From assembly GCA_052246995.1 (NCBI GenBank), contig JBQPWD010000006.1:32001-96000 (forward strand): a stretch of 64,000 nt of DNA, given 5' to 3'. Position numbers and translations under genes: made by a program. Under the pieces are notes generated by a model. The model was not told the DNA's origin and did not search any database. It was given only the letters and a program-made list of their open reading frames with translations. Source of the DNA: Candidatus Bathyarchaeota archaeon (GTDB lineage: Archaea > Thermoproteota > Bathyarchaeia > Hecatellales > Hecatellaceae). This document shows, piece after piece, positions 10,284 through 19,879 of the stretch; the stretch's first letter is position 1; every line of letters starts with the position of its first letter.

Positions 10284-10299
10284 GTTACTCTACCTAGAC

Positions 10300-11214
10300 C
10301 TAAAATTTACCAAGCAACTGATTAACAAAAATTTTAGGGTCAAAAGGTTGTAAATCTTCATACCCACTTCCAACACCAACAAAAATTATTGGCTTTTTTG
10401 TTATGTACGAGATTGATATAGCCGCTCCACCTTTAGCATCTGCATCCATCTTAGTTAAAATTGAAGCATCAATAGGAACATATCTATTAAATTCTTCAGC
10501 TTGAAAAACGGCATCATTCCCAGTTAAAGCATCACCTACAAAAATTACAAGGTCCGGTTTAACAACCCTAACAATTTTACGCATTTCCTCCATAAGGTTT
10601 ACATTTGTTTCCATTCTTCCAGCAGTATCAATAAGAACAACATTTATCCCTTTTGCTTCAGCATGAAAAACTGCATCAAAAGCTACAGACGCTGCATCAG
10701 AACCATAACTATGCTTAATCATTTTAACTCCAAGATTTTTAGCATGATATTCAAGCTGCTCTATTGCACCAGCCCTATAAGTATCGCTACAGGCAACAAC
10801 AACAGAAAAATTGTTATCCAGGAAAAATTTTGCAAGTTTAGCTAGAGTTGTTGTTTTTCCACTACCATTAATACCAACAAAAACTATTGTAAGTGGTTTT
10901 CTTTCCATTCTTTTTTTCTCAGCAAGTTTTAAAAGCTCAATTTTTTCTCCACCACACGTAAGAACTTCAATTAAAACGTTCCTAACTAAGTCTTCAACAA
11001 CCTTTTTCTTATTGTCAAATCTTTTAACCTTAATTTCGCTAATCTTTTTAGCTGTTTCATCGATAATTTTTTCTGCAACTTCGAATGCAACGTCGTTCTC
11101 GATAAGTGTTAGCTTAAACTCTTCAAGTAGTGGTTTAACATCCTCTTCTGAAAGGCTTGTTGTTGAAACTTTATCAATAAAAGAGTTTAAAGCCTTCTTA
11201 AGTTTTTCAAACAT
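10300..11214 (-). CDS. ftsY: Signal recognition particle receptor FtsY (NG domain only)
   Basis: GINGSGKTTT, DTYRAGA, DTAGR, TKMDADAKGG; start taken at MFEKLK. Confidence 0.95.
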   Translation of the reverse strand: MFEKLKKALNSFIDKVSTTSLSEEDVKPLLEEFKLTLIENDVAFEVAEKIIDETAKKISEIKVKRFDNKKKVVEDLVRNVLIEVLTCGGEKIELLKLAEKKRMERKPLTIVFVGINGSGKTTTLAKLAKFFLDNNFSVVVACSDTYRAGAIEQLEYHAKNLGVKMIKHSYGSDAASVAFDAVFHAEAKGINVVLIDTAGRMETNVNLMEEMRKIVRVVKPDLVIFVGDALTGNDAVFQAEEFNRYVPIDASILTKMDADAKGGAAISISYITKKPIIFVGVGSGYEDLQPFDPKIFVNQLLGKF

Positions 11215-11222
11215 ACAAAAAT

Positions 11223-11666
11223 TCACGCTTTTAAGGCGCCAGCAACTTTTTCAGCTTCTCTTCTTAAAATTTCCATTCTTTCCAGTACATTTGAAAGTTG
11301 TTGTTGAAGCGAACTTCTTACATTGTTAAGCTCATTTGCCCTACTTTCAAGGAAAGATACGGCATCTTTAGTAGACTTTTCAATTACAACACCACCGCCA
11401 ACACCAACAAGAACCCTTTCAACGTTGGAAATTTTTGCTATAACATAAGAATTTGCACCAGTAGGTATAAGAAGTTCATCACCAACCTTAAGTTTTTCAA
11501 GGTTTTGAATAGTTGTAGCAGCTATGCTAAGCTCTCTAAGCGCTGAATCCACGATTCCGATTCTAACCTGCAACTCATTACTAACGTTTTCAAGCATTCT
11601 AAGTTCAACAACAAGGTTTCTTAGCTTTTCTTCTACATCCTTTTCCTGACTATATTTTTCACTCAA
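11223..11666 (-). CDS. pfdA: Prefoldin alpha subunit
   Basis: Coiled coils flanking ELLIPTGA and VLVGVGGGVVIEK; conserved position upstream of ftsY. Confidence 0.92.
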   Translation of the reverse strand: MSEKYSQEKDVEEKLRNLVVELRMLENVSNELQVRIGIVDSALRELSIAATTIQNLEKLKVGDELLIPTGANSYVIAKISNVERVLVGVGGGVVIEKSTKDAVSFLESRANELNNVRSSLQQQLSNVLERMEILRREAEKVAGALKA

Positions 11667-11905
11667 CGAAGCTCAACTCCCGCAATCATACGTATAAGAG
11701 GATTCCTAGCTTCTGCAGGATTTATCTCCTCAACCTTAACAATTTTTATCTCATTCCTTTTAAGCTTATTCTTGCTACCAATATCGCTGTAAACTTTTTC
11801 TAAAGCTTCCTTCAAACTTAAACCCCGAACCTCTTTACTAAAAAATAAAACTTTAAAGTTAACTTTAGCCTTGCACACAACCCTAAACGTTTTAACCTCA
11901 CTCAT
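11663..11905 (-). CDS. rpl18a: 50S ribosomal protein L18Ae/LX (eL20)
   Basis: FSKEVRG...EKVYSDIGSKNKLKRNEIKI; conserved synteny with pfdA-ftsY; start at MSEVK. Confidence 0.9.
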   Translation of the reverse strand: MSEVKTFRVVCKAKVNFKVLFFSKEVRGLSLKEALEKVYSDIGSKNKLKRNEIKIVKVEEINPAEARNPLIRMIAGVELR

Positions 11906-11958
11906 CAAAGACAACCCCACAAAAAGTAGGAGCAACATCATTTAAAATTAATGTTAGC

Positions 11959-12316
11959 GCGGTGGGTCCTAAGGCTTGACGCTCATACTACACCAAACCC
12001 CTTCAATCCTTCTCACACCCGCACTCCCCTAAGCGTCAAGCGTCCAGGTTTAGGTTGCTCCTTCCGGAGAGGTAACATGGAATACCTCTTCTCCCGGGCC
12101 TAGCCAGGTTCACCTGGTTAGATGGTTACCCAACCCCTACAGGTTGAGCAACCATCTCCGCCGACCCTAGGGGACAGGTGTTCATGGAAGGTTTTGGAGG
12201 AGTTTGATGTAGCTGTATGCGCCTCACCTTAGCTTTCGGCCCGCCGTATAGGGGGTTTGCGGTCGAACCCTTACGGGTTCTCAGGGAACCCCTAGCTCCC
12301 CGCCTAGACCCACCGC
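11959..12316 (-). ncRNA. ffs: Archaeal SRP (7S) RNA, intron-containing
   Basis: Terminal helix GCGGUGGGUC/GACCCACCGC; Alu loops UAGGG/CCCUA complementary; helix 6 with GUAG loop; helix-8 SRP54-binding symmetric loop CUAGG...AGCAACC; long helix 5. Confidence 0.93.
12062..12090 (-). other. Putative 29-nt BHB intron in SRP RNA helix 8
   Basis: Bulges AGA and AAG; central helix CGGG/CCGG (3 Watson-Crick pairs plus G.G); 7-bp inner stem AGAGGUA/UACCUCU; excision gives CUAGG-CCC-GGGA-GGG-AGCAACC. Confidence 0.75.
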
Positions 12317-12366
12317 AAAAGAATATGGTATAGAAAGTTTAAGATAAATTTTCCTTTAACTTTTCA

Positions 12367-13461
12367 TTACATCTTGTTAAACTTTAACTTTTTTTCTAAC
12401 GTCTTTTTTAGTTTATCTATTGTTTTTACTGGCGTTGGGTTTATTTTGTTTATAACTGCAAGGTAGAAGCTTACATAATCGCCGATGTATGTTGTTGAAA
12501 GCATTTTTGAAAGTTTACTTTTACCTTTGCCGTAAACCTCGAAAACTTTCTCTGTTTTTTCTTTCAAAATTTCCTTTAAGATTTCTATTCTAACTTTAAT
12601 CTCTAAAGGTTCATCGTTATCTCTTAAAAGTATAACTGAAAGAAAGTTTAAAAGGGGAGGTTTAATGTTTTCCCAACCTACAACCTCGTTATGGTTTAAT
12701 TCTGGAAGAATATCGTGTTTACAGAATACCTTACTGTTTTCGTTTATCTGAGTTTTCCACCTGTAAGCTACACTACTAAGCCATCTAAATCCGTAAATTA
12801 CTGGAAGCTTGTCTTTAAGGTTTAAAGCTAAAATTTTAGCTTCATTATGGTGTAGAGGTGTTGAGGGTTTTAAATCTTCATAAAGGCTTCTTAAAACATT
12901 TAATGCTTCCATGAATTCACTTCTAAACCCCTTAACTAACCCAAGCTTTTCCAGAATTAATGCTGGCGGTATAAAAAGGTAGGGTAAGGCAAGTCTGGGT
13001 TGAAAACCTGAAGGAACTTTAATATGTTTAACATTAAACCTTAAACAGTATTCTTCAAGTAGCCCACCTGAGCTTAAACCGATAATTGTGCAACCCTTTT
13101 TTGATGCTAAGGAAAAGCTATTCAAGGTTTCTTGAGTATTGCCAGAATAGCTTATGGCGAAAACAAGAGATTTGCTGCCTAAGTACCCTGGAATTATAGA
13201 GTCTCTGCAAACTTCCATGGATAAAGTAGCCTCCTCATAACACCAATCTTTTAAAAGGCTTCCACCAATAGAGGAGCCTCCCATGCCAAGGAATACAACA
13301 TTTAAAAAATCCTTGTTTTTAAGCCACTCCACATCAAAATTTTCAGCCAGCCTAAAAGCATCTTCATAGTAGTTGGGAGTAGATTTTAAGGCATCAGCCA
13401 TCCTAAAGCTATCAATTGTAGAAATAAGCTCAATATTATCTAAGTCATCTTTTAAAGACAA
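12367..13461 (-). CDS. Bifunctional phosphoglucose/phosphomannose isomerase
   Basis: GMGGSSIGG, SYSGNTQET, QPRLAL, RWKTQINENSK, PELNHNE. Confidence 0.93.
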   Translation of the reverse strand: MSLKDDLDNIELISTIDSFRMADALKSTPNYYEDAFRLAENFDVEWLKNKDFLNVVFLGMGGSSIGGSLLKDWCYEEATLSMEVCRDSIIPGYLGSKSLVFAISYSGNTQETLNSFSLASKKGCTIIGLSSGGLLEEYCLRFNVKHIKVPSGFQPRLALPYLFIPPALILEKLGLVKGFRSEFMEALNVLRSLYEDLKPSTPLHHNEAKILALNLKDKLPVIYGFRWLSSVAYRWKTQINENSKVFCKHDILPELNHNEVVGWENIKPPLLNFLSVILLRDNDEPLEIKVRIEILKEILKEKTEKVFEVYGKGKSKLSKMLSTTYIGDYVSFYLAVINKINPTPVKTIDKLKKTLEKKLKFNKM

Positions 13462-13638
13462 AAGTTGTCACCATAACAGTTTTTACTTCAAGTAAGTAGA
13501 ATCTATACTCAATTTATAAGGTTAAGTTCTGAAAGCGGTTAAAGTTGAATCTTCCACTAAATGTTTAACTTATCAATTTTCTGGATTTGAATTTAAGCAT
13601 AATCTTTTAGTTTAAGTTTATGTTTAGATTAATCCCTA

Positions 13639-14526
13639 TTGAAAATGTTCCCAGTAAATCCTCCTAAAAGAAAAACGTCAATAATTGTTGCAATTCCTGC
13701 ATCAACAACCGCAGATGTACCACATTTACGTGAAAAAACGTTTAAAACAGGCTTTATTGGAAGAGTATTAGCAATTTTTAGGGTTGAGGAAGTTTTGATT
13801 TACAAAGATAAGGATAATAATGAAGATGTAAGGTATAATCAAGAGCTTAAGCTTATTGGAGAAATTTTAAGCTACATGGCAACACCCCAATACCTAAGGA
13901 AAAGAGTTTTTAAAGTTTCACCTAATCTTCTGTATGCAGGAATTCTTCCACCGTTAAGAACACCAGACCATCCACTAAAAAAAGGGTTGGATAAAGTTTT
14001 GAATGGTGAGGTTAGAAAGGGGTTGGTAATTAAATCTTTTAGGGAAAATTCGATTATTGACGTTGGGCTTGATAAGCCTGTAGAGGTTGAAGGGAAATTT
14101 AAGCTTGGAACAATTTTAAATGTCAAACTTTTTAAGGTTAATGGTAAGGTGAAGGGGAAGGTTATTTCTTTAGAGGAAGTAAAAGCCTACTGGGGTTTCA
14201 AGGTTAAAGCTCTAAATAAGACATTGGATGAAGTTGTTAAATCTGAGAAATTTGACCTTAAAATTGCAACTTCAAGATATGGAGAACAGCTATCCTCCAT
14301 TGTCAATATAATTGTTGACAGGTGGATTAAGTCTAAGAGGGTTCTTTTAGCTTTTGGTTCACCAACAGAAGGGTTAAGAGAAATAGTTGAGCGTAGAGGA
14401 TTTAAACTTGAAGAGCTATTTGATTTTACAGTTAACACCATACCCAATCAAGGAGTTGAAACCGTAAGAGTTGAGGAGGCTTTAGCTTCAACCTTAGCAT
14501 TATTTAACTACCTAGTTAATGATTAA
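13639..14526 (+). CDS. SPOUT-family RNA methyltransferase (DUF171/COG2106, SPOUT1-like)
   Basis: TPQYLRK, GILPPLRTPDH, FGSP, NTIPNQGVETVRVEEA. Confidence 0.9.
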   Translation: MKMFPVNPPKRKTSIIVAIPASTTADVPHLREKTFKTGFIGRVLAIFRVEEVLIYKDKDNNEDVRYNQELKLIGEILSYMATPQYLRKRVFKVSPNLLYAGILPPLRTPDHPLKKGLDKVLNGEVRKGLVIKSFRENSIIDVGLDKPVEVEGKFKLGTILNVKLFKVNGKVKGKVISLEEVKAYWGFKVKALNKTLDEVVKSEKFDLKIATSRYGEQLSSIVNIIVDRWIKSKRVLLAFGSPTEGLREIVERRGFKLEELFDFTVNTIPNQGVETVRVEEALASTLALFNYLVND

Positions 14527-14551
14527 AGTTTAGTTGTGGAGGATTTAATTC

Positions 14552-15166
14552 TTGGTTAGAGGTGTTTTAATAGCTATTGAAGGGATAGACGGGGCTGGAA
14601 AAACAACCCAAGCATATATGCTTGTTGAGAGGCTTAGAAGTATAGGGTTAAAAGCTGAATACACAATGGAGCCAACTTATGGGCGTATAGGAGATATTTT
14701 AAGACTACATGTGTCAAGGATGAGGCGTAGAGAACCTATTTACGAAGCCCTTCTTTATGCCGCTGACAGGTTTGAACATGTAAAATTTTTTATTAAACCT
14801 AAATTGAGAAATGGGTGTATAGTGGTTTCAGATAGGTACTTATACTCTAACATAGCTTACCAAGGAGCTGCTGGTGTAGATGAAGAATGGATTAGAAAAT
14901 TAAATTTTTTTGCACCAAAACCAGATTTGACAATATACATTGACATTAAACCTAGGGAAGGGTTAAAAAGAAAGAAAGGTGAAAAAAGTGTTTTTGAAAA
15001 GTTGGAGTATGAGGAGAAAGTGAGAAAAATTTACTTAAAAATTGCTAAAAGTGAGAAGTTTATCATTGTTGATGGTGTAAAAGACGTTAAGGCGGTTCAT
15101 GAAGAAATTTTCAGGAATGTCTGCAAACTTTTAAGGAAAAAAGGTTTTAGTGTCCAACAATTTTGA
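14552..15166 (+). CDS. tmk: Thymidylate kinase
   Basis: EGIDGAGKTT, LLYAADR, SDRYLYSNIAYQG, PDLTIYID. Confidence 0.95.
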   Translation: MVRGVLIAIEGIDGAGKTTQAYMLVERLRSIGLKAEYTMEPTYGRIGDILRLHVSRMRRREPIYEALLYAADRFEHVKFFIKPKLRNGCIVVSDRYLYSNIAYQGAAGVDEEWIRKLNFFAPKPDLTIYIDIKPREGLKRKKGEKSVFEKLEYEEKVRKIYLKIAKSEKFIIVDGVKDVKAVHEEIFRNVCKLLRKKGFSVQQF

Positions 15167-15686
15167 CAATTCTTAAAGGTTTAAAACCTTCCACCTTTAA
15201 CCTCTTATTTATAGTTTGAATAAGCTTCTTTATTAGAATGTCAAGCGGAATCTTTCTTGTACCCTTAAAATGGTTAATAAGAATCTTAAATTTATTATGC
15301 TCTTCAAACATGAATCTTACATAGTAAAAGTCTGACCAAAGAGAAATTTCCTTTTCACCTTTCTTATACTTGTAAAGTGTACGGACAAGGAAATCTATAT
15401 TTTTAACAGAATCCCTTTTAACATACTCCTTAAACTTTTCAACCTCATCTTTACCTAAAAAAATGAAAGTTGTGCCTTCAGCAATACCAACCTCAAATAT
15501 ACATTTTGAGCGGGGTGTTGGAGTTAAAATTTTTGGAGTTAAAGTTTCTATGCACCCGTTTAATTCTTTAAAAGCTTCAACTATAAGGATTTGAAGCTTC
15601 TCTAATGGAATTTTATACTCCACCTGCGAAAAAGCTTGAACAATGTTTGGAAATACTTCAAAGTTTCCAAACATTGGATTCTTCAA
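15147..15686 (-). CDS. Conserved hypothetical protein
   Basis: 179-aa ORF with genome-typical codon usage; FEVGIAEG and DFYYVRFMF segments. Confidence 0.6.
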   Translation of the reverse strand: MKNPMFGNFEVFPNIVQAFSQVEYKIPLEKLQILIVEAFKELNGCIETLTPKILTPTPRSKCIFEVGIAEGTTFIFLGKDEVEKFKEYVKRDSVKNIDFLVRTLYKYKKGEKEISLWSDFYYVRFMFEEHNKFKILINHFKGTRKIPLDILIKKLIQTINKRLKVEGFKPLRIVKIVGH

Positions 15687-15731
15687 CCTTAAATATTACT
15701 GGAAAAGTTACTAATATATGGTTTTCAGGTA

Positions 15732-17990
15732 ATGGTGGATTATTTTACTCATCCATTAATTAAGAAAAACTGTGTAGAAAGCAGGCAGTACCAGCAAAAC
15801 ATTGTTAAAACATGCCTTAAAGGCAATACGCTTGTTGTCTTACCTACAGGTTTAGGTAAGACGTTAATAGCCGCAATTCTAACAGCCGAAAGACTTTTAA
15901 GGTTTTCCTGGGGAAGGTGTTTTATTCTTGCACCCACAAAACCGCTCATACTTCAACACTACCAAGTTTTTAAAGATGTTTTAAACCTTGAAACAAAGTA
16001 CTTCACCATGTTTACAGGTGAAACTTCCCCGTCAAGAAGGGTTTTAGGGGAAGCTAAAGTAGTTTTTATGACACCGCAAATTCTGGAAAACGACATTATT
16101 ACTGGAAGGATAAAACTTGAAGATGTTGTACTCCTAGTTTTTGATGAAGCTCACAGAGCTGTTGGAAACTATCCCTATGTTTTTATAGCAGACATTTACA
16201 TGAAAACAAGTAAAAATCCACTGATATTAGGTTTAACGGCATCTCCAGGTTCATCTATTGAAAGAGTTGAGGAAGTTAAAAGAAACCTTAAAATATCTTT
16301 TATTGAAGCAAGAACTGAAACTAGTCCAGACGTAAAACCCTATGTTAAGCCTATTAAAGTTGAGTGGGTTGAAGTTAAACTTGATGAAACTCTTGAAAAA
16401 ATTAAGATAAACCTTGAAAGTTACATTAAAGATAAGATTAAAACCTTTCATAAAGAAAATTTGCTTGAGAAGACAAGGTATAAGCTAACATTTAAAAAGT
16501 TTTGTGAAATTAGAGATAAATTTAGAAAACAAATTTCTGAACAACCTAAACCGCCTGAAAACCTTAAACATCTACTTTTAGATTTAATGTGTGTAAGATA
16601 CGCTTCCCAAGCTTTAAATTTGCTTGAAACTCAAGGTTTAACAGCATTAAAAAACTTTCTTTTAAGAGTTGAGGAAAAATCTAGAAGAAGCGGATTTTCT
16701 TCAGCAAAGGAGTTTATTTTGGATGGTAGAATACAAGACATATTAAATCTTAGCGTTATTTATGAGGATGTTGGTTTAGAGCATCCTAAGCTTGCCAAGC
16801 TTAAAGATGTTATTCTAAGGGAAATTTCCACTGGAGCTAGGAGAATAATAGTTTTTACAAATTACAGGGAAACAGCAAAAAAGCTTGTAGAAACATTTAA
16901 CGATGTTGAATGTGTAAAAGCTGTTAGGCTTGTAGGTCAACTTAATAAGCCATATGATTCAGGTTTAACCCAAAAAGAGCAGGCTGAAATACTTTCAAGC
17001 TTTAAAGATGGAAAGTATAATGTTTTAATTGCAACCCAAATTGGTGAGGAAGGAATTGACATATCTTCATCTGATGTTGTTGTTTTTTATGATAATGTTC
17101 CAAGCGCTGTAAGATTTATTCAAAGAAGGGGGAGAACTGGAAGAAGCGCTCCTGGAAAGGTTGTTATTCTTGTAACTAAGGGTACAATGGATGCCGTGTA
17201 CTACTATCTAGCTAAAAGGAGAGAAAAGGTTATGAGGGATATTGTAGGAAGAATTCAGGTTAAGAGTTTTCAAGATTTAGGACAACAAAATATTGAAAAA
17301 TTTGTTTTGGAGGAAAAAAGCATGAGGTATGGTGCAGAAGCAAATAAAAACTTACTAATCATTGTTGATAGTAGAGAAAGGAATTCTTCCGTTATTAAGG
17401 AGCTTATCAAGTTTGGGGTAAATGTTAAAGTTGAGAATCTTACAATAGGAGACTATGTTTTATCTGATAAAGTTGCTGTTGAAAGAAAAACAGCTCAGGA
17501 TTTTGCATCATCAATAATTGATAAAAGACTTTTTTTTCAAGCAAAAAGCCTAATTTCAACTTATAAAAAACCGTTAATTGTAATTGAAGGTGAAGATTTG
17601 TATACAGCTTCAAATATAAATGCAAATGCTATTAGGGGAGCCATTTTAAGCCTTTTAATGGATTACGGAATACCAATAATCTTAACAAAAAACCCGTCAG
17701 AAACAGCATTCTTCCTACTATTGATAGCTGAGAAGGAACAGGTTGAAAGGGCCTCCTATCCTTCAATTCGTGGAGAAAGGAAGCCTTTAAGTTTAGCTGA
17801 ACAACAAGAATATGTTGTTGCAAGCCTACCTAACGTTGAATTAACTTTGGCAAGGAGGCTTCTAAAAAGATTTGGGTCAGTTGAAGGTGTTTTTAATGCT
17901 TCAAAAGATGAGTTAAAAAATGTTCCAGGTATAGGGGATGTTATTGCTGAAAAAATTAGAAAAGTTATAACTGAAAAGTATACTGGATAA
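15732..17990 (+). CDS. hef: Hef: DEAH helicase fused to ERCC4/XPF nuclease and HhH domain
   Basis: LPTGLGKT, DEAHR, LTASPG, QRRGRTGR, VDSRE, GDY...VERK, C-terminal VPGIG. Confidence 0.95.
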   Translation: MVDYFTHPLIKKNCVESRQYQQNIVKTCLKGNTLVVLPTGLGKTLIAAILTAERLLRFSWGRCFILAPTKPLILQHYQVFKDVLNLETKYFTMFTGETSPSRRVLGEAKVVFMTPQILENDIITGRIKLEDVVLLVFDEAHRAVGNYPYVFIADIYMKTSKNPLILGLTASPGSSIERVEEVKRNLKISFIEARTETSPDVKPYVKPIKVEWVEVKLDETLEKIKINLESYIKDKIKTFHKENLLEKTRYKLTFKKFCEIRDKFRKQISEQPKPPENLKHLLLDLMCVRYASQALNLLETQGLTALKNFLLRVEEKSRRSGFSSAKEFILDGRIQDILNLSVIYEDVGLEHPKLAKLKDVILREISTGARRIIVFTNYRETAKKLVETFNDVECVKAVRLVGQLNKPYDSGLTQKEQAEILSSFKDGKYNVLIATQIGEEGIDISSSDVVVFYDNVPSAVRFIQRRGRTGRSAPGKVVILVTKGTMDAVYYYLAKRREKVMRDIVGRIQVKSFQDLGQQNIEKFVLEEKSMRYGAEANKNLLIIVDSRERNSSVIKELIKFGVNVKVENLTIGDYVLSDKVAVERKTAQDFASSIIDKRLFFQAKSLISTYKKPLIVIEGEDLYTASNINANAIRGAILSLLMDYGIPIILTKNPSETAFFLLLIAEKEQVERASYPSIRGERKPLSLAEQQEYVVASLPNVELTLARRLLKRFGSVEGVFNASKDELKNVPGIGDVIAEKIRKVITEKYTG

Positions 17991-18202
17991 AAACCAGTTC
18001 ACACCTAAAACAGCAAAAAATGCTAAAGTAGCTACTTTAATATTTTTAATGCTTTGGCATTTTGATGTCAAACAGTCAAAGTTTTTATTTTCTCATATTT
18101 TTACAGGCTTACCAGTTTTCTTAAAAGTCTTAAAATCTTAATTTCTAAACCATTTTATTTTAGCTTTCCAGCGGCTTTTTAACATGGTTTTTAAATTCCG
18201 GG

Positions 18203-18547
18203 TTAATCTCCAATCTTCTTAATCTTTTTAAGGGCTTCTAAAGTGCTAATTGTTAAGTCTAGAAGGATTTTAAGGTTGTTTAAATCCTTCTCCTCCCTAA
18301 TTTTTTGCTCTAATTGTTGAAGCTTAACCACCAATGATTCCTCAAGTCTTATGAGAGTTGATGGAAGATTTGCCCTTAAAGCTTCCTCGTCGGATTTTAC
18401 AATAACAACTTTCCTGTCACAGGTAAAGCAGTATATTTCCTCTGATGGAAGCTTAAAAAGTGGAGAGCTACATTGAGGGCAGGATTGGTTAAGCATTGTT
18501 GCACCAGTTTTAAGGGCTTCAGCCATCCTTTTAATGTTCCTATCCAA
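18203..18547 (-). CDS. UPF0148 / Sjogren's-scleroderma autoantigen-1-like zinc-ribbon protein
   Basis: MAEALKTGATML..SCPQCSSPLF...YCFTC. Confidence 0.85.
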   Translation of the reverse strand: MDRNIKRMAEALKTGATMLNQSCPQCSSPLFKLPSEEIYCFTCDRKVVIVKSDEEALRANLPSTLIRLEESLVVKLQQLEQKIREEKDLNNLKILLDLTISTLEALKKIKKIGD

Positions 18548-18679
18548 CTTTTCACCACTAAAACTTATTTATAAAGTTAATATAAGATTTTTAATGTAAG
18601 GTAGTTAGTACCGGACAGGTTATAAGCTAATAACTTATGAGATTATCCTATATTTAGGTTATTCCTGTTAAAACCATAC

Positions 18680-18976
18680 TTGGTGGTGGTTATCTTGTCT
18701 AAACGTAAACGTAAAGCAGAAATTTATGAACAAACCATAGGTCAGGCTTTAACCATACTTAAAGACATCTCTGAGGATACAACAACCCCAAGAAACATTA
18801 GAAGGGTTGCAAAAACTGCAATGGATACTCTTCAAGATACCTCAAAAACTTATGGTGTTAGGTCTGCAAACGTTATTTCCATGCTTGATGAAATTTCTCA
18901 AGATCCAAACATGCCCCCCTATACAAGAACAAAAATTTGGAATGTAGTAAGCTTGCTTGAAACAATAAAAGATTAA
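18680..18976 (+). CDS. UPF0147 family protein
   Basis: DTTTPRNIRR, LDEISQDPNMPPYTRTKIWNVVSLLE. Confidence 0.9.
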   Translation: MVVVILSKRKRKAEIYEQTIGQALTILKDISEDTTTPRNIRRVAKTAMDTLQDTSKTYGVRSANVISMLDEISQDPNMPPYTRTKIWNVVSLLETIKD

Positions 18977-18980
18977 TTTT

Positions 18981-19793
18981 TTAGGATTTAAAAAGCTTAA
19001 AAACTTTTTCTAAAAGATTAGGGTTTGCCGCTGAAACAACCGTTGTACGTCTTGTAGGTAGGTCTGCGGGTATATCAAGTTCTTTACCATCACCATCAAC
19101 AATCAATCCTCCTGCCTCCTTAAGAATAAGGTATGCTGCCGCCAAATCAACAACCCTAACTCTACCTTTAAGGTCTACATGCACATCTATCATTCCAGCA
19201 GCTATATAGCAAACTTCAAGAGAAACTGCTCCAAGACGTCGTAGATGGTTTGAATTTTTAGCTATTTTTAAGCTTTTTTCTAAGGCTTCACCAGATGGGG
19301 GGATATCAACAGATATAATTGCATTCTTAAAATCTTCAACACTTGAGGGTTTAATTCTTTTACCATTTAACCATGAACCCTTACCTTTTTCAGCATAAAA
19401 AAGTTTACCACTTGAAACCTCAAGAACAACAGCAGCATAAACTGATGAGAGAGTAGGTTTTTCAGCTACAGCTAAAGAAACAGCATAAAACGGTATTCCA
19501 CGTAAAAAATTGTTTGTACCGTCAAGACCATCAACAAGAACATATGCTTCAGGAGGTTTTTCATCAAAAATTTTTATAACACCGTTCTCTTCACCAACAA
19601 AAACACAAGGTTTACCGTAATTTTTCAGCAACCTTATAACAGTTTCCTCGGCAACAACATCAACATACCTAGATTCGTCTCCACCAGCACCAACACCAAT
19701 AACCTTGAAAGCCCTCTCAGAACCAGATAAAAGCTTAATTTCTTCAGCAACTTTTAATGAAACATTCTTCAAAAATTCTAAACCTATACTCAT
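18981..19793 (-). CDS. suhB: Inositol monophosphatase / FBPase family protein
   Basis: GEE, DGLDGTNN, RRLGA, DLAAA motifs. Confidence 0.88.
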   Translation of the reverse strand: MSIGLEFLKNVSLKVAEEIKLLSGSERAFKVIGVGAGGDESRYVDVVAEETVIRLLKNYGKPCVFVGEENGVIKIFDEKPPEAYVLVDGLDGTNNFLRGIPFYAVSLAVAEKPTLSSVYAAVVLEVSSGKLFYAEKGKGSWLNGKRIKPSSVEDFKNAIISVDIPPSGEALEKSLKIAKNSNHLRRLGAVSLEVCYIAAGMIDVHVDLKGRVRVVDLAAAYLILKEAGGLIVDGDGKELDIPADLPTRRTTVVSAANPNLLEKVFKLFKS

Positions 19794-19879
19794 GGTAAAC
19801 CAGTCCCAACAACAAGTTTAAGAACTACTATAAACAAAGTATTCTAAAGAGAAAAAATTTTTCTAAAAAAGTGAAGTAC

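Noticed and set aside
11959-12316. Considered RNase P RNA
   Set aside because: Lacks the GAGGAAAGUCC / AGNNNNAU...ACAGAA P4 signatures; helices 6 and 8 and the Alu loops identify it as SRP RNA
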